From Tubiluchus corallicola (Eukaryota > Animalia > Priapulida): DNA of 64,000 nucleotides. Positions 41,125-53,893 of this stretch are shown piece by piece. Position 1 is the stretch's first letter. Every line of letters begins with the position of its first letter. The position numbers and the translations under genes were made by a program. The stretch lies in contig JAQGDQ010000127.1 in NCBI GenBank assembly GCA_030141605.1, forward strand, positions 372,001 through 436,000, written 5' to 3'. The notes beneath the pieces are model-generated. The model did no database searches. It was given only the letters and a program-made list of their open reading frames with translations, and was not told the origin of the DNA.

Positions 41125-43400
41125 CTACGGTGCAATCTCCTTAATATATCTTTGTCCTAATTGACATATATGTTCATTTTGATTGTGGCTTAGTTGCGAA
41201 TTAACAGATAGAAGAGTTGATATTTTATCGTGTGAAATGAGATTATTGAAGTTAACAGCTATGGCATTAGAAGTAAATAAGTCATAGAGTTCTTGATGGA
41301 GTTGGCTTCTACTTGCAATATACAATGAGCAACAGAGCAGATAATGGTGAATATTTTCAGTATGATATCCACACAAACAACTTTTACTAACAATATTTCC
41401 GGTAGAGCCCTTGTAGCCGTGGCTATGTAGATGATCATTAAGTTGTGAGAAACCACTGCTAAACTTGGTGTGAAGAACTGTGATTCGAATATTTCCATAT
41501 GTAAAATATTTTGGTCGATTAAAAAAACCAATGTATTCTTTTTCTTTATTTACAAATATACTAATCAATGTAGTACATTTAATATCAGACAGTGAACTAT
41601 ACCACATAGCAACAGTTGAAAGAAAACGAAGTTCTAAAGTAACCATAATGCACTTGGTAAAAAAAAAATCATCTACATTTCTTAACGAATAGTCAACAAT
41701 ATCTCTAATTTGAACAGCCAGTAATTCATACAAAAATAAAAGTGATATCATATTGACAATTTTATAAAACATAGTGAGTCAATGAAGTTTACGTCTGTTA
41801 GCTAGAAAATCAAAGTTACTATAAAACATGAGCTTATACATATTAGATCCTTTCGTAGCCTTACTACAAACACAGGCAGCATGCTTCTGCAAATTAACAA
41901 TTAAATCAGACAAAATCAAGGGGAGATTACATCATACACAATCGGCATATTCAAGGATAGGCCTAATCATTGCTTTGCAGAGATGTTCCAGTACAGGACA
42001 TGGAACATACCAAGAAATTTCCTTTAATACGTCAACAAGTAATTCGTCTTTCTCAATGATGGCCCTGACATGAGTATCCCATTTTAAATTGGACTGCAAG
42101 TATAAATCTAAATGTTTATGAGTGTTTACCCAGTCCAGGTGTCTATTATTAAGATACAAACTGGGATAGACGGGTAAATTAGGTTTGTTAATAAATAAAA
42201 TGACTTTGGATTTTAGTGCATTAAATATAACATTTCACTGAAGTGCTCACAATTCAATAATTTTTAAGACATCATTTAATTTATTAACGCTGGCTATTGG
42301 TTCATGTACAGTTTTGAGTAACGTGGTATTGTCAGCAAACAGACGAATATCACTTTGTATGTGACATATTAAACCGTCAATAAATACTAAGAATAAAATT
42401 GGCCCTAATATGGGACCTTCCGGTACACAAGTATCAATAGGAGTAAATTCAGATGATTGGCATTTGATTATAACTCTCTGCCAATGGCCTGATAAATAAG
42501 ATTCAAACCAATTTCAGCAATAAACCTGTAAAACTGCATTGATTTAATTTAAAAATTAATCCCTTATGCCAAACCTTATCAAAAGCTTTGGAAATATCCA
42601 GGAAGACAGCCATTACCATTATCAAAAGTTTGGTATATATTTTATGGGTAATAGATAACAGTTGATAAACAGTACTTTGATTTGGTTTAAAGCCAGAATT
42701 TTTACTAGTTAATGAACTATTAACTATAAGCAAATAATTATAGAAGTATTTGCAAACTACGTTTTCAAACATTTTCAATATGCAGGGTTGCAATGAAACA
42801 GGCCGATAGTTTGTTTTTAATTGTTTATCACCATTGTAAAAAATGGGGCAAACATTTGTTTTTTCCAGATAGTGGGATATACGGAACAAGTACGCGGTTC
42901 ATTAAATAAATTACACAAAGGTTCGGAAACGGAAGATGATATATTTTTCAAAAATAAATTACTAATACCTTCACCACCAGATACTTTATTAATGTCGAGA
43001 CTTAATAATGCATCGCGTATTTCAGTACTAGTTAATACTATTCTATAGAGCACAGATGACGTTTTTCTAACGAAGGAAGTAAATTATTAGTTGGACTTAT
43101 TGTAGACTGTTCGCAAAAATAAGTTAAAATTTTTAGCTTTTTCAGAATTATTGGAATGTTGCCATTTTCGTATAAAGGGGGTATGCCGTATAGATTTTTT
43201 TACCACACACTCTTGGTAATTTTCCACCAATTTTTATTTGCGGTATTGGGATCTAATAACCCTTCAGGTAAACTTTTATAATAACGCCTTTTTCTCTCTG
43301 AACACGTGTTACTATATACATTATGGGCTCTGTTGAAATTTTGACGATTACGAGCACTGGGTGTTCTTTTAAACTCATTCCATGCATGAATTTATTGCTT
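41125..43400 (-). mobile_element. Decayed LINE ORF2 (RT plus C-terminal Cys region)
   Basis: NYRPVSL, AVFLDISKAFDKVWHKGLIFKL, PEGPILGPILFLVFID, LFADNT, IRPILEYA, CLCGYHTENIHHYLLCC; frameshifted. Confidence 0.9.
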
Positions 43401-44604
43401 TTGAAGTTAGAGACATTCGGAATTAACATACAAACTTAGAGTAACTTGAATTCTTTTTGCAACATTTTGACCAGAAATGAATGCTCTACAGTCTTATGTC
43501 GAACAGTTTTAGATACAAGCTGTCGCTTGGAAACTAGAAGATTTTGAAATGACTTTTTGAATTATCCTGTGCATTACTCCAGTGAATAACTAATATTTAG
43601 AAATATAAACATAAATTTAGAGTGCTAGAAAGAAAATTTAGTCCTCTTTATGAAAATATAAATGTATGTACTGGTATCTCATAGAATCAAACATTTACGG
43701 GCAGTTTTATCTGAGCATGACAAAACTATCCAAATATTCATAGTCGTGAAGGAGTTAAGACTTGTCAATAAAAGTTTGCAAAAACAACTCAAAGTCGCAT
43801 CAGTTTTGCGAAAATATTCATTACTATGTTAATTAGTTTGTTGAACTTTAGATCTACAGTGGGAAACAAGAGTGGGCGCACAAAATATCGCTACTTTGTA
43901 ACCGAGTCTAGAATTTTTTCAGCGACTAGACAAGCTACGATATAACGCGCATCAAGTTGCGTATGCGTTATAGCACACCACAAAACTTAATGCAAATTTC
44001 AATTTTTACTGCCATTAACATAAAAAAGCATTAGCGTAACTGCACCGATTACTGACAGAAAACCGAAACGATTGCAAACTACAAACACCTCCAAATTCCA
44101 CAATCCAATCGCCTCTGACTCGACTCTAGGCCACCGGAAACGGAAACATACTACAGCTAAAATTTATCAGACGCACCCAAATGAATAAAGCTTAAAAATG
44201 AAAATACAGCAATAGGTGACTGGTCATGGATATAATTAAAGTCACCAGTTGGTGAGCACAGTACCTATCGAGTCATTGGCTCTCATGATAATAAATGTTT
44301 AAGGCGTGCGAGCTGTGTAATTTGCTTTACACTGCTGGAAGCAGTTCTTGGTGTAGGCGAGGTAGCATGCTCCATCTCCAAGCACGCCAGTTGGCTAGTG
44401 CTACTTGGCATTAAGATAGGAGATTTCTTGTGCAGAGATATTTGTCACAGTTATTTTAAAGCATGTCACATTTGCAGCACTAACTAAATAATATTATAAA
44501 AATTGTTTTTTATTGTTTTACTTCACAATTTATATAATACCATCTGTGGTTTACAGTTCACACTCGTAATTCTCGTAATTCTATCAATTTGGTTTTTCTG
44601 GAAC

Positions 44605-44605
<1 letters not shown>

Positions 44606-44661
<56 letters not shown>
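44606..44661. repeat. (AAT)n microsatellite
   Basis: Direct reading. Confidence 0.95.
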
Positions 44662-45636
44662 CTTTTATTTATCTTTTAACACACGCACAGTTATAATACA
44701 ATTAATTTGGTAACAAAAATGTGAAGAAATTGCAGCGAAAGACCAATTGGTCATCTAGTCAGCTGCCCTTTGGTTAGTGATGAACATTTTTTATAGGCGC
44801 TATGCTACAGTGTATTAGTGTTAGTACTGCTTATAATAAAAACTAAATTGTTACGAATAACATTAAATTGATATGCTTATAACGTGTTAGTACAATTCAT
44901 ACACAGTAATAATAAGTTCATAATATAAAAAAAAAAAAACTGAAAATAACTGAACTGAAATAAGAACTGAAACAAGACTTGAAATAAAAATCTGACAGCA
45001 GAAACATAATAACAATGGCAACTGAAATTTACTTCATAACACAAGCATATTTGTTAGACATAAGCAAGCGAATGGAGTCATAATATATCATAATAATGTA
45101 AAAAAATAGAGAGCAATTTTTGATGATCTGAGGTAAAATAAATAGGCAGATAGTTAAAGCACAAAAATTACCTGTATGACTGCATGAGGAGATTGACAAT
45201 TAGAGTCCAGACTTTGAAAATGATCTACAGAAGTTAGACTATAAACAATTAAATATTGAAGTTAATTGAACCTGCTATAACAGTAACTGCTCTTGCACAC
45301 AGTTAGACAATTTATTAGTGGGCAAAAGGAATAAAAATTGTTAGAAAATACTGCACGCTTATATGTAGTTAATCTCAGTAATAAGTTTGCAAGAGTTGAC
45401 ATTAATATAATTTACTTAAGTGACAGATACTAGTTGATTGCTTAAGATCATCTGAAAGAGTATTCCATAGTATTGTATCATTATGTTTTAAAGTTTGTAG
45501 ACCTTTTGTTGTGCTAAATCTTTCCTGAAAATAGTTTTGTTTGGTAGCTGCTCTCGTAGAATTTCGCTAGTTCAAGCTTATAAATTTCATTAATTTTTAA
45601 TAATTGCAAAGCATAATAGGAAGGGGTGTGCAGCAA

Positions 45637-46242
45637 GGACTTGTTCCATGAATTTTATGAGATTCTTTCGCGATCCTCTTTCGCACATAATCTATGTGCA
45701 GCAAGATTGGTGATTCCCCGTATTGCTGGTTCAGAGCACTCGTGATAAACTTGTTTTGATTCCGGAGTTGATGATGATGATTATGAAATAAGTTGTTTTA
45801 TTGTAAATTCATCCTCGCAGTTTTGCAGTTAGAGTTTAGTACATTCAAGGCTGCTAATCTAAGATGTTTATAAGGATTCTGGATTTTACTACCGTTATGT
45901 ACAGGATAATGAATTTGTGATCAGCATTTTAATGAGTGAGTACAGTACTCAGTAGGTCACTTTTAAGTTAGTTTTTACCTTCTTTGTTATCTACCTTTTA
46001 CATACGTTTTTTGCTTTTACTTTTTACGCCACATGGGACGTTCGCGCTTGCGCGACGTCACCGTGATCTTGAATTCCATCAACCTTGAGACTTCGCTCGA
46101 CTTTAGATGATACTGATAATCATTTTTTCAATCCAAACGTGCGTTTTATACACGTACGGTAAATGAAATAAGTAACGGTGGTTAAATACCGTCGCGGAAA
46201 AAGGATCGCGAAAGAATCTGATAAAATTCATGGAACAAGTCC
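45637..46242. mobile_element. MITE with ~45-bp terminal inverted repeats, superfamily unassigned
   Basis: ggacttgttccatgaattttatgagattctttcgcgatcct ... aggatcgcgaaagaatctgataaaattcatggaacaagtcc; flanks agcaa / agcca. Confidence 0.8.
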
Positions 46243-48271
46243 AGCCATTTTTCAATAGGTAAAAGTTCTATTGGGAGGCACATGTAACTGTTTGCAGTCA
46301 AGATCAGAATACTTGAGAATATCTTAATACTTTACCTAGCACGTCAAAATGATCAGTTTAAGCTACCTATGCATGGTAGATTAAACTGAGAGAGAGAAAA
46401 ATATAAGAAAATACTAAACGAACTAAACCTTGTAAATATGTCTTCTCTCAGTTGGGACTAAAAATATGTTTGATTCCGATGTGTTGTCAATTTACTCTGT
46501 AGGTAGGAATTTTATATCATTTCATTTTTTGTCGTGTGTTATATCAGAGTAGCTTTAACTGATTTTTCTAGCCAGATTACCACAGCTTAATATGATATTT
46601 AAAAGTGCAACTTTCATTAAAAAATTCATTATTAATAATAGACGAAGCTAAACATGAAACTGTAGCACCATCAACACCTCTCACCATCGCCACTTTCATC
46701 ACCAGATTATTCTCATTTACTGTATGATGAATATTAAGGCACCTTGGCTACACATTTTTTACTTGTATTACACTTTTGATTGTAAGTACCTCTTGCAAAG
46801 AGAATTAGCATTAAGTAAATATAGGTGTACTATATTGATGAATTATGGACAGTCTTTTGCATTGCATAGTCATAGTCGAATTGGTTTCTTATATCCCTTA
46901 TCTCACATTCTGATGAACTGGGATTAAAAGGTTTTATGGTTTATGCTTGGTAGTGGTGAGCATATGCTACCACAATTGAATCGAACTCATTCAGATATTT
47001 TTAGAATTAGTAATAGTAATCAGTGTTAAGATCATGCCTATTGCTAGATTTTGTTTTAGGGTAAGAGTTATCTTAATTCATCAAAAAGTTGTGCACAAAG
47101 ACTGAAGCTTAATTGTGCTGATTGCATGGTGTTTCAAATGTTTTAGCGATAAAGAACAAACGTAATAAGAGCACTGGATTACTCTAATCCATAATTATTT
47201 CTAAATTCAAATAGAACTTGAATTCAAAAAATGTATTTGATGATTCAAACCTGAATATTCGATCCTCAGTTTTAGTACTTGGTATAAATAATAAGTATTT
47301 ATGTGTATTTGCCTGTATCCCTCACAGAGAGCTGGTCAGGAGTTGGACAATAAAATGAGCCAGTCGTCCACTTGCTCTTGTACCCTCCCTACTTACTCTT
47401 CGCAAACGTGTTTAGATGACATTTAAAACAATTGACAGAGTTGGCTGGGACTGTTTTGTAAGGTAGTTCATTTCACCAATTTACCATTCCTTGGGAGAAA
47501 AGTATTTAAATTTCCTCGATCTTGCCTGTAGATCTTACAGATGTGTTTCTACTGCCTTGCTCATAGCAAATGAATCATCTGGATTGGACGGTTAGACCTT
47601 CACAGCCTTTAATATTTTTAGACTTACAACAAGTCTCCTCAAATGCATCAGGAGAGACTGAAGATTTCACTGATTTGTACAGCCTTAACATAATCCTTAA
47701 ATAGACAAAAGTCCTATTTACCTTCTCCAGGAGTTTTTTTGCCATTTGTGCTCATAGCTTTACCAGGCCCAGTGACTTACTGATTGTCACACAAAACTTT
47801 CTCCTCATCCACCACATTCTCACTGAGGTAATGCAAAGTGTCAGACAACGTGTTATCAAAGCCTGAATGCAAACAAACAGACGTACTTGGACTAAACAAC
47901 ATTTTGCATTTTTGAGCCACCAAAATATAGCATGCAAATTGTCACAGATAACAGCAGTAGTTTGTTTCTAGGATTTATTCTGAATTTGTAAACCACTTTG
48001 AATTGAATTGTCGGAACTTTGAACAGTAGAAGTTTGGCATAATAACTGCATTCATTATAGAAAACAGGGATACAACTTTCTATCATCTGCTAATTTCAAA
48101 ACTGTACTTCATCTACATCATTAATGAAGACAGTAAATAGTGCAGTTCCTAACACTGAATCTTGTAGCACCCCACTCACTAGCATTTACTAATCACTTGC
48201 TGTATCACTACCATCACCTTTTCTTATTGCACCAATAACTGTTTCTGCTCTCACTTTGACATGAAAGTAAT

Positions 48272-50158
48272 GGTTACAAGAGTCTTAGATGCAGGCTATT
48301 TTGACAAACATTTTGGACACAGGTTATTTTGACACCAAAGACTTGTGGACACAAGGGCATTTAAGACACATAAGACATTTGGACACAAGGTAATTTGGTA
48401 CATGGAACATTTGGATGCATAGGACATTTGGACACAGGACTTTTGGCTATATAGGCCATTTGTTCTTTTTTGATCTCTTGCTGATGAGTAATGGGTCAAA
48501 ATTTGTTTGGCTTTGCGGCAGTCTGCAGTATGAGTTGTTATGAGTCCAGATAGCACAAGGTAATTTGGACACATAGTGCATTTGGACAAACGTAATTTGG
48601 ACATGTAGGACATTTGGACACAAGGCATTTGGACATGTAGGACACTTGGACACATAAGACATTTGGACACATAGGATATTTGGACAAATAGGCAATTTGT
48701 TCTTATCAGGATCTTGTTAATGAGTGATGGGTCATAATTTTTTTGGTTTCATCAACAGTCTACACCATGAGTTATTATGGTAGGATATTTAAAAATTATA
48801 AAAAAAGCTAATTTGTGTTGATTGACCCAAAATATATACGTTCCATTTTTCGTATTTTTGTGTTTGTACGTTTTCTTGTGCATGGGCACCGCAGGCAGAC
48901 GCACGTGCATCCACAGAATTCCTTCAATTAAAATTTTTTATGGCTAAATAAAATTTTTAACACTAAATTGAGAAACACCCTAACCCTTGTTTGTTTGCAT
49001 TTTAAACTAGTGAACTTGCCTGAGGAAATAGCTTCTAGCAACCACATTATGGAAAAAAATGCAATAAAGTGCATGTGTGGCCGAGACATTCTGCTGTTTA
49101 GCTGTGTCTGGTGGGAAAAATTAGCAGGTGGGCTGTAAACTTGACAGTCTCAAATCAGTTATATGTTTGACTATCCACGTTTTGCTGGGTAGATAATCTT
49201 GACACTAAATAAATTAAGCTTAAGTGGTCATCCGAAGCAGTGGATTACGAACTTGCTTTTAAGATATATGATTACTACAATAGAATACAATGATTATTAC
49301 ATAGATAAATGTAGATAAAATATATTATTAAAGCAGAATTTTTTGCATTTGAGGAAGTATATGTAATTGAATTTAGATCTCATTTGAGGCCTCCAAAATG
49401 TGCTTAAATGCAGGAAAACGCATTGGAGGAACTTACAGTGCTTCCCCAGACCCCCTAGCTGCCTTTGCATCACACTATTTTAACTCTGGCGGCGCCCATG
49501 TTCCTGTGTCATTTTTTGTCATGCCATTTTCCTGTTCTATTTTTACCTACGTTCGTCATTGGCTCTTTGTACTTCATGGAAATTCATGGAAAAAGATTGT
49601 GATGTCAATGAGTCGATGGGCTAATGCCCACCACCTTCATTTTCCAAAAAATTTAAATTATTTTACTATATATGTATAAGCAAATTGTACGTACCAAGTA
49701 ACATTTATTCTGCTGGTTATATTATATTATCAGCTAGAAATTTGTTATCATATTATGCATTTCTGTAATCGTAAACCCCATGAAAGCCTAGCATAAGCAA
49801 CTTATACGTCCAGCTCACCTTGTGTTCAAATGTCCTGTGTGTCCAAATGTCCTATGCACCCAAATGTCCTTGTGTCCAAATGCCCTATGTGTCCAAATGT
49901 CCTGTATGTCCAAATGACTTATGTGTCCACATCACCTTGTGTCTAAATGCCCTATGTGTCCAAATGTCCTGTATGTATAAATGACCTACGTATTTAAATC
50001 ACCTTGTGTCCAAATTACTTATGTGTGGAAATAGCCTTGTGTTCATATATTTTGCATCAAATTTACCTATACGTGTGTTGAAATAGCCTTGTGCCTAAAG
50101 TGCCTCATGTCTGAATGACCTTTGTTCCAAATGTCTTGTGGCAAAATGTCTGCACACC
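48272..50158. mobile_element. Mutator/foldback-like element with inverted subterminal tandem arrays and 9-bp TSD
   Basis: gaaagtaat at 48263-48271 and 50159-50167; GG...CC ends; ~18-bp units catttggacacatagga (48296-48695) and their reverse complement gtgtccaaatgtcct (49820-50150). Confidence 0.8.
48881..49500. mobile_element. hAT-like MITE nested in the foldback element
   Basis: catgggcaccgc ... gcggcgcccatg TIRs; 8-bp flanks ttcttgtg / ttcctgtg (7/8 identical). Confidence 0.75.
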
Positions 50159-50699
50159 GAAAGTAATGCCATCTGCTTCCAAATTGTTTATTAGTCTTTA
50201 ACATGGAACTTTGTGAGAAGTCTTCCTGAAGGTTAAATGCAACATGTGTACAGCATGCTGCCTTGGTAACAGCTTCAAAAAATTAATAGATTAACGAGAC
50301 AAGGTTTTCCTTTGGTAAAACTTTGCTGATTGCTTTTGATAATCATGTAAACTCTTTAAGATGAAGGATTGTATCGTACTTTATCAATCAGTTTCTGTGA
50401 CTTTACGCTGTGCAGTTTGTTAAGTTATTTGTCCTACATTTTGACACTACGTTTCCCTAATTCACTCTTCTGAACTAGAGACACATTTGCACGCCTCCAT
50501 TTGTATGGGATTCCTCCTGTATTAGTACTTTCTCTATAATTATTATATTTTACTAAGCAATAATTTTATTACACTGAAGATTTCCTTTAGTACAGTAGAA
50601 TTGACTCCAGGCTTACCCACGCCTACTGATTTCTCAGGTTTCCGACTTACAGATTATTGTGTTATCTGGATTGGGCTAAAATTTAATTTACCATGGACA

Positions 50700-50919
50700 G
50701 AATTGCGTGTACGCCGTGTTTCATAAATAAAAGTAAGTAACTGCTCGGTGCGCCACTGCCGCAAATAGAATTCAAACGATAGTATGTGGCGGCGGCCATG
50801 TGCGAAGTCAATCAGTAGCTTCGTCTTGCCGAAATAACTTGAGTTTTTGCGTTTCTAAAATTTTTAGTTTTGTTTACTGCTGATCAATAAGGAGCAGAAT
50901 TAAACGCTCTCCTAATATA
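50700..50919 (+). promoter_or_regulatory. CpG-enriched promoter/5'UTR with YY1-like motif
   Basis: Local CpG enrichment in AT-rich DNA; ggcggccatgtg near 50790, immediately upstream of the WDR77 ATG. Confidence 0.45.
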
Positions 50920-51858
50920 ATGGAAGACTGGGGTTTTCAAAATATTGATCCGCATTTGCAGGCAGTTGTACACTCTCCAGATGGACAGCATGTATTTGTG
51001 TGTTCATCAAATTTTATTGGTCGGTACTGGTCTGGCAGGATGGGAATTTGGAACGCCTGTAACAAAGTCTCGGATATGCATCAGATCATGGCTGGAGCCG
51101 AAACACAAACTGGTATTAATGATGCAAAATGGTTTTCTCCTTCTGGCATAATTATAGCTTCCGACTCTGGTGCCGTCGAGGTGTGGGGGTTTGATTTGGA
51201 AGACTTCATTCTTAATAATGAAAGCTATACCTATATCCATGATGATGTTGTAAACTCGGTCGCTGTTTGCTGTTTGGGTATTTCCTGCTTTACTGCAAGC
51301 AATGATTGCAATATAGTTTCATTTGATATTGAAACTACAACTATGCTTCACAAATTTAAAGGTCACACAGACAATGTTCATGCTGTTGCATGCCATCCAG
51401 AGAATGACAGCCTCTTTCTCTCCTGTTCGCAAGATGGTTTAGTATTGATATGGGATAATCGAAAGGAAAAGCCTGCAAAAATATTTTCTAATCAAAGTTT
51501 TTCTCCTAACCCCTCGACAGTCAGCTGGCATCCAGATGGCAATGGCATTACAATAGGCAGTGAAGTTGGGGAAATCTTATTAGCAGACGCTAGGACTGAT
51601 TACGTCAGGTATTCCTCTAAGCCACATTCTCGGTTTGTTTACCAAGTGGGGTTTTGTCGTCAAGATACATCGCTTCTTGCTTCTGTTTCTCATGATGGTA
51701 GTGTAGTTGTCACACAAGTTGGTGATGATATGCAAGTTATATATGAGAACCAAGAGCATGAAGATTCTGTCCATGGACTTTGCTGGCATAATGATGACAA
51801 AAGTTTCTGCACTTGCGGCTGGGATCAGAAAGTTGTAATACATGCACTAGATGTCTAA
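50920..51858 (+). CDS. WDR77: Methylosome protein 50 (WD40), intronless
   Basis: HLQAVVHSPDG..SSNFIGRYWSGRMGIW, ASDSGAVEVW, HDDVVNSV, FLSCSQDGLVLIWDNR, LLASVSHDGSVVV, HEDSVHGLCW, TCGWDQKV follow the MEP50 pattern; AATAAA at ~51990. Confidence 0.9.
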   Translation: MEDWGFQNIDPHLQAVVHSPDGQHVFVCSSNFIGRYWSGRMGIWNACNKVSDMHQIMAGAETQTGINDAKWFSPSGIIIASDSGAVEVWGFDLEDFILNNESYTYIHDDVVNSVAVCCLGISCFTASNDCNIVSFDIETTTMLHKFKGHTDNVHAVACHPENDSLFLSCSQDGLVLIWDNRKEKPAKIFSNQSFSPNPSTVSWHPDGNGITIGSEVGEILLADARTDYVRYSSKPHSRFVYQVGFCRQDTSLLASVSHDGSVVVTQVGDDMQVIYENQEHEDSVHGLCWHNDDKSFCTCGWDQKVVIHALDV

Positions 51859-53137
51859 CATTGTCTATAATATTGTTATGTATTGTCTATAAATTTAATG
51901 CTCTTAAAAGCGCAGACAAGTTTGTGTGGATTAGTGATGTCATTTTCTTATATACTGTTTTGTGCAGTCACAATAATTATTTAGATCTAAATAAAAAATG
52001 ATTGCAATTTTGACTTAAGCTACTACAAAACAACTTTTAGTTGTCCTGACTCATAGACTTTAAAGTTATTTTTTTGTCCAGTAATAAGGGTTGAATATAA
52101 TAAATCACCGTACAAAATGTACTTACATAAATACATTACACTTAAGTCTTTAGCAGTTTTTTTCATTGATTCACATGAGTCTGCTGAGATGTCTGACACA
52201 GTATCTGAGAAATTCAATTCCAAAGGAAGTGCAATTAGACAAGCAAATTAAATTGAGCAGCAGTGATGAGTCAGGTATTCTCTCCAGGCACATAGCTCTA
52301 TATTAGGGACAATTTTACGGTATTAAATTTTTGCAAATTAAATTTCATTTCTTAAAAGCCCCTTCTGTGGCATGATATTGCTGGTAGCACATTATAAACT
52401 GCTGTTATATTACTTGTATTGAATAACCCATAACATTTTGATTTTAAACAACACTAATAGCAGTAATGTATAATAAAACAGCAAGTGACAAAAAGGTTCA
52501 AAAGTCATTCTTGGTTTTAATAAACAGCTATTTACAACTGAATCGCAGATAACTGAGGTAAGTGCCAATTGGTACCTGGTAATTTTTACAAAAAAGTTTT
52601 CATGATTTGCTACAATAATAATTGATGTTTACATTAATGTGTAATTAATGCTTGATGAGTATTATTTATTACACCGCATCTGCTTTACAAAATTCTGAAA
52701 CGTTTTCTGTTCATATATTTTCTACCATTTATAGTATTGCTCATGACTAAAGGTGTTACGACTTAACAGGCAATGTAATTGGTGTGATTTTAGCCTAGTT
52801 ACATAATATTCTTATTCAAAAAAAATCACAAACAAGTGGATGCATGAGAAGCCTTTGTGATTTTGGTGTTGGTTTTTAGGATAATTACTATAACATGTAA
52901 GTCTGCTAATACATTGTAAGTGTTGTTTTTGAAGTTGTTACCTCTATTCAAATTTTGAAATCACTAATTTGTTGTTTTGTATAAGGTGTTTAAATGCTTC
53001 AAAGAGCATTTGAAAGACACGTTTTTACTTAATTATACCTTTCTTTAATTTTGCAGGCTGCTGGTTAATGGGAAGTGGTCTGAGGAACACTGGATTAACC
53101 GATAACAGGCTTTTCTTCCTTTCTTCCATCATTTAAT

Positions 53138-53860
53138 ATGCTTTTGAGTGGTGTTTCATCGGGGCTACTGGCAGATTGTAGAAATGAATATACAAATTGG
53201 TTTAGTAGTATATACAAAAGCTTCATGTCATATTTTGGGAATATACTTGAGAAATTCAAGAAGAAATTAAAAATCAGTACTTGTGAGAACTGTGAGTGCT
53301 TGTGGCAACCTTCTACTATGTCTTTTGCTGCTATAGCCTGTATCTGTGTTATATTATTTTTATGCTTCCATCTTATCAAAGGGCTTTTATTGTGGCTTGA
53401 ATATCAAGAAAAAGCAGTGTCAGTTGCTATATTTATTATGTTGTTTATAGTTGTATCATTTCCTTTAACGTGGGGTTACCTGCCACTAAATCTTGCAGCT
53501 GGATATCTATATGGTGTAATGTATGGCATCATTCTGGTGTTTTTTGCGTGTTTGATAAGTGTACCATTTGCTCAGGTTATTGCAAGGAATTTCTTTTATG
53601 ACATTATACGTAACAAGTGCATTGGACAAAATGAACAGCTCAACATAATTTTATCAGTTGTGGAAACAAAACATGCTTTTAAAATCGTGGCATTATCTAG
53701 GCTGACACCAATTCCATTTGGACTGCAAAATGCCATGTTTGCGGTATGTAAACAAACTAAACTTTTTCAAACAGTATGACAAACATGTCAATAGCTGAAA
53801 CCCAGCAAATATACGGTGAATAGCCGAGTGGTCTCACCTTACGCTTATGTTACGATATGA

Positions 53861-53893
<33 letters not shown>

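Larger units (their letters stand above)
47450..50450 (-). mobile_element. CR1-like LINE RT remnant split by a later insertion
   Basis: Right part LTFRKTSHKVP (cf. LDF.KAFDKVP); left part GVLQDSVLGTALFTVFINDVDE; continuity broken at 48272-50158. Confidence 0.7.

Noticed and set aside
41125-41772. 215-aa ORF as a gene
   Set aside because: It is the C-terminal part of the decayed LINE ORF2.
48296-48695. Array of short repeats resembling a CRISPR array; Cys-rich ORFs 48296-48670 and 48447-48695
   Set aside because: The units are contiguous and degenerate with no unique spacers and no cas genes, the context is eukaryotic, and they are mirrored at 49820-50150 as transposon subterminal repeats. 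The ORFs are translations of the repeat.
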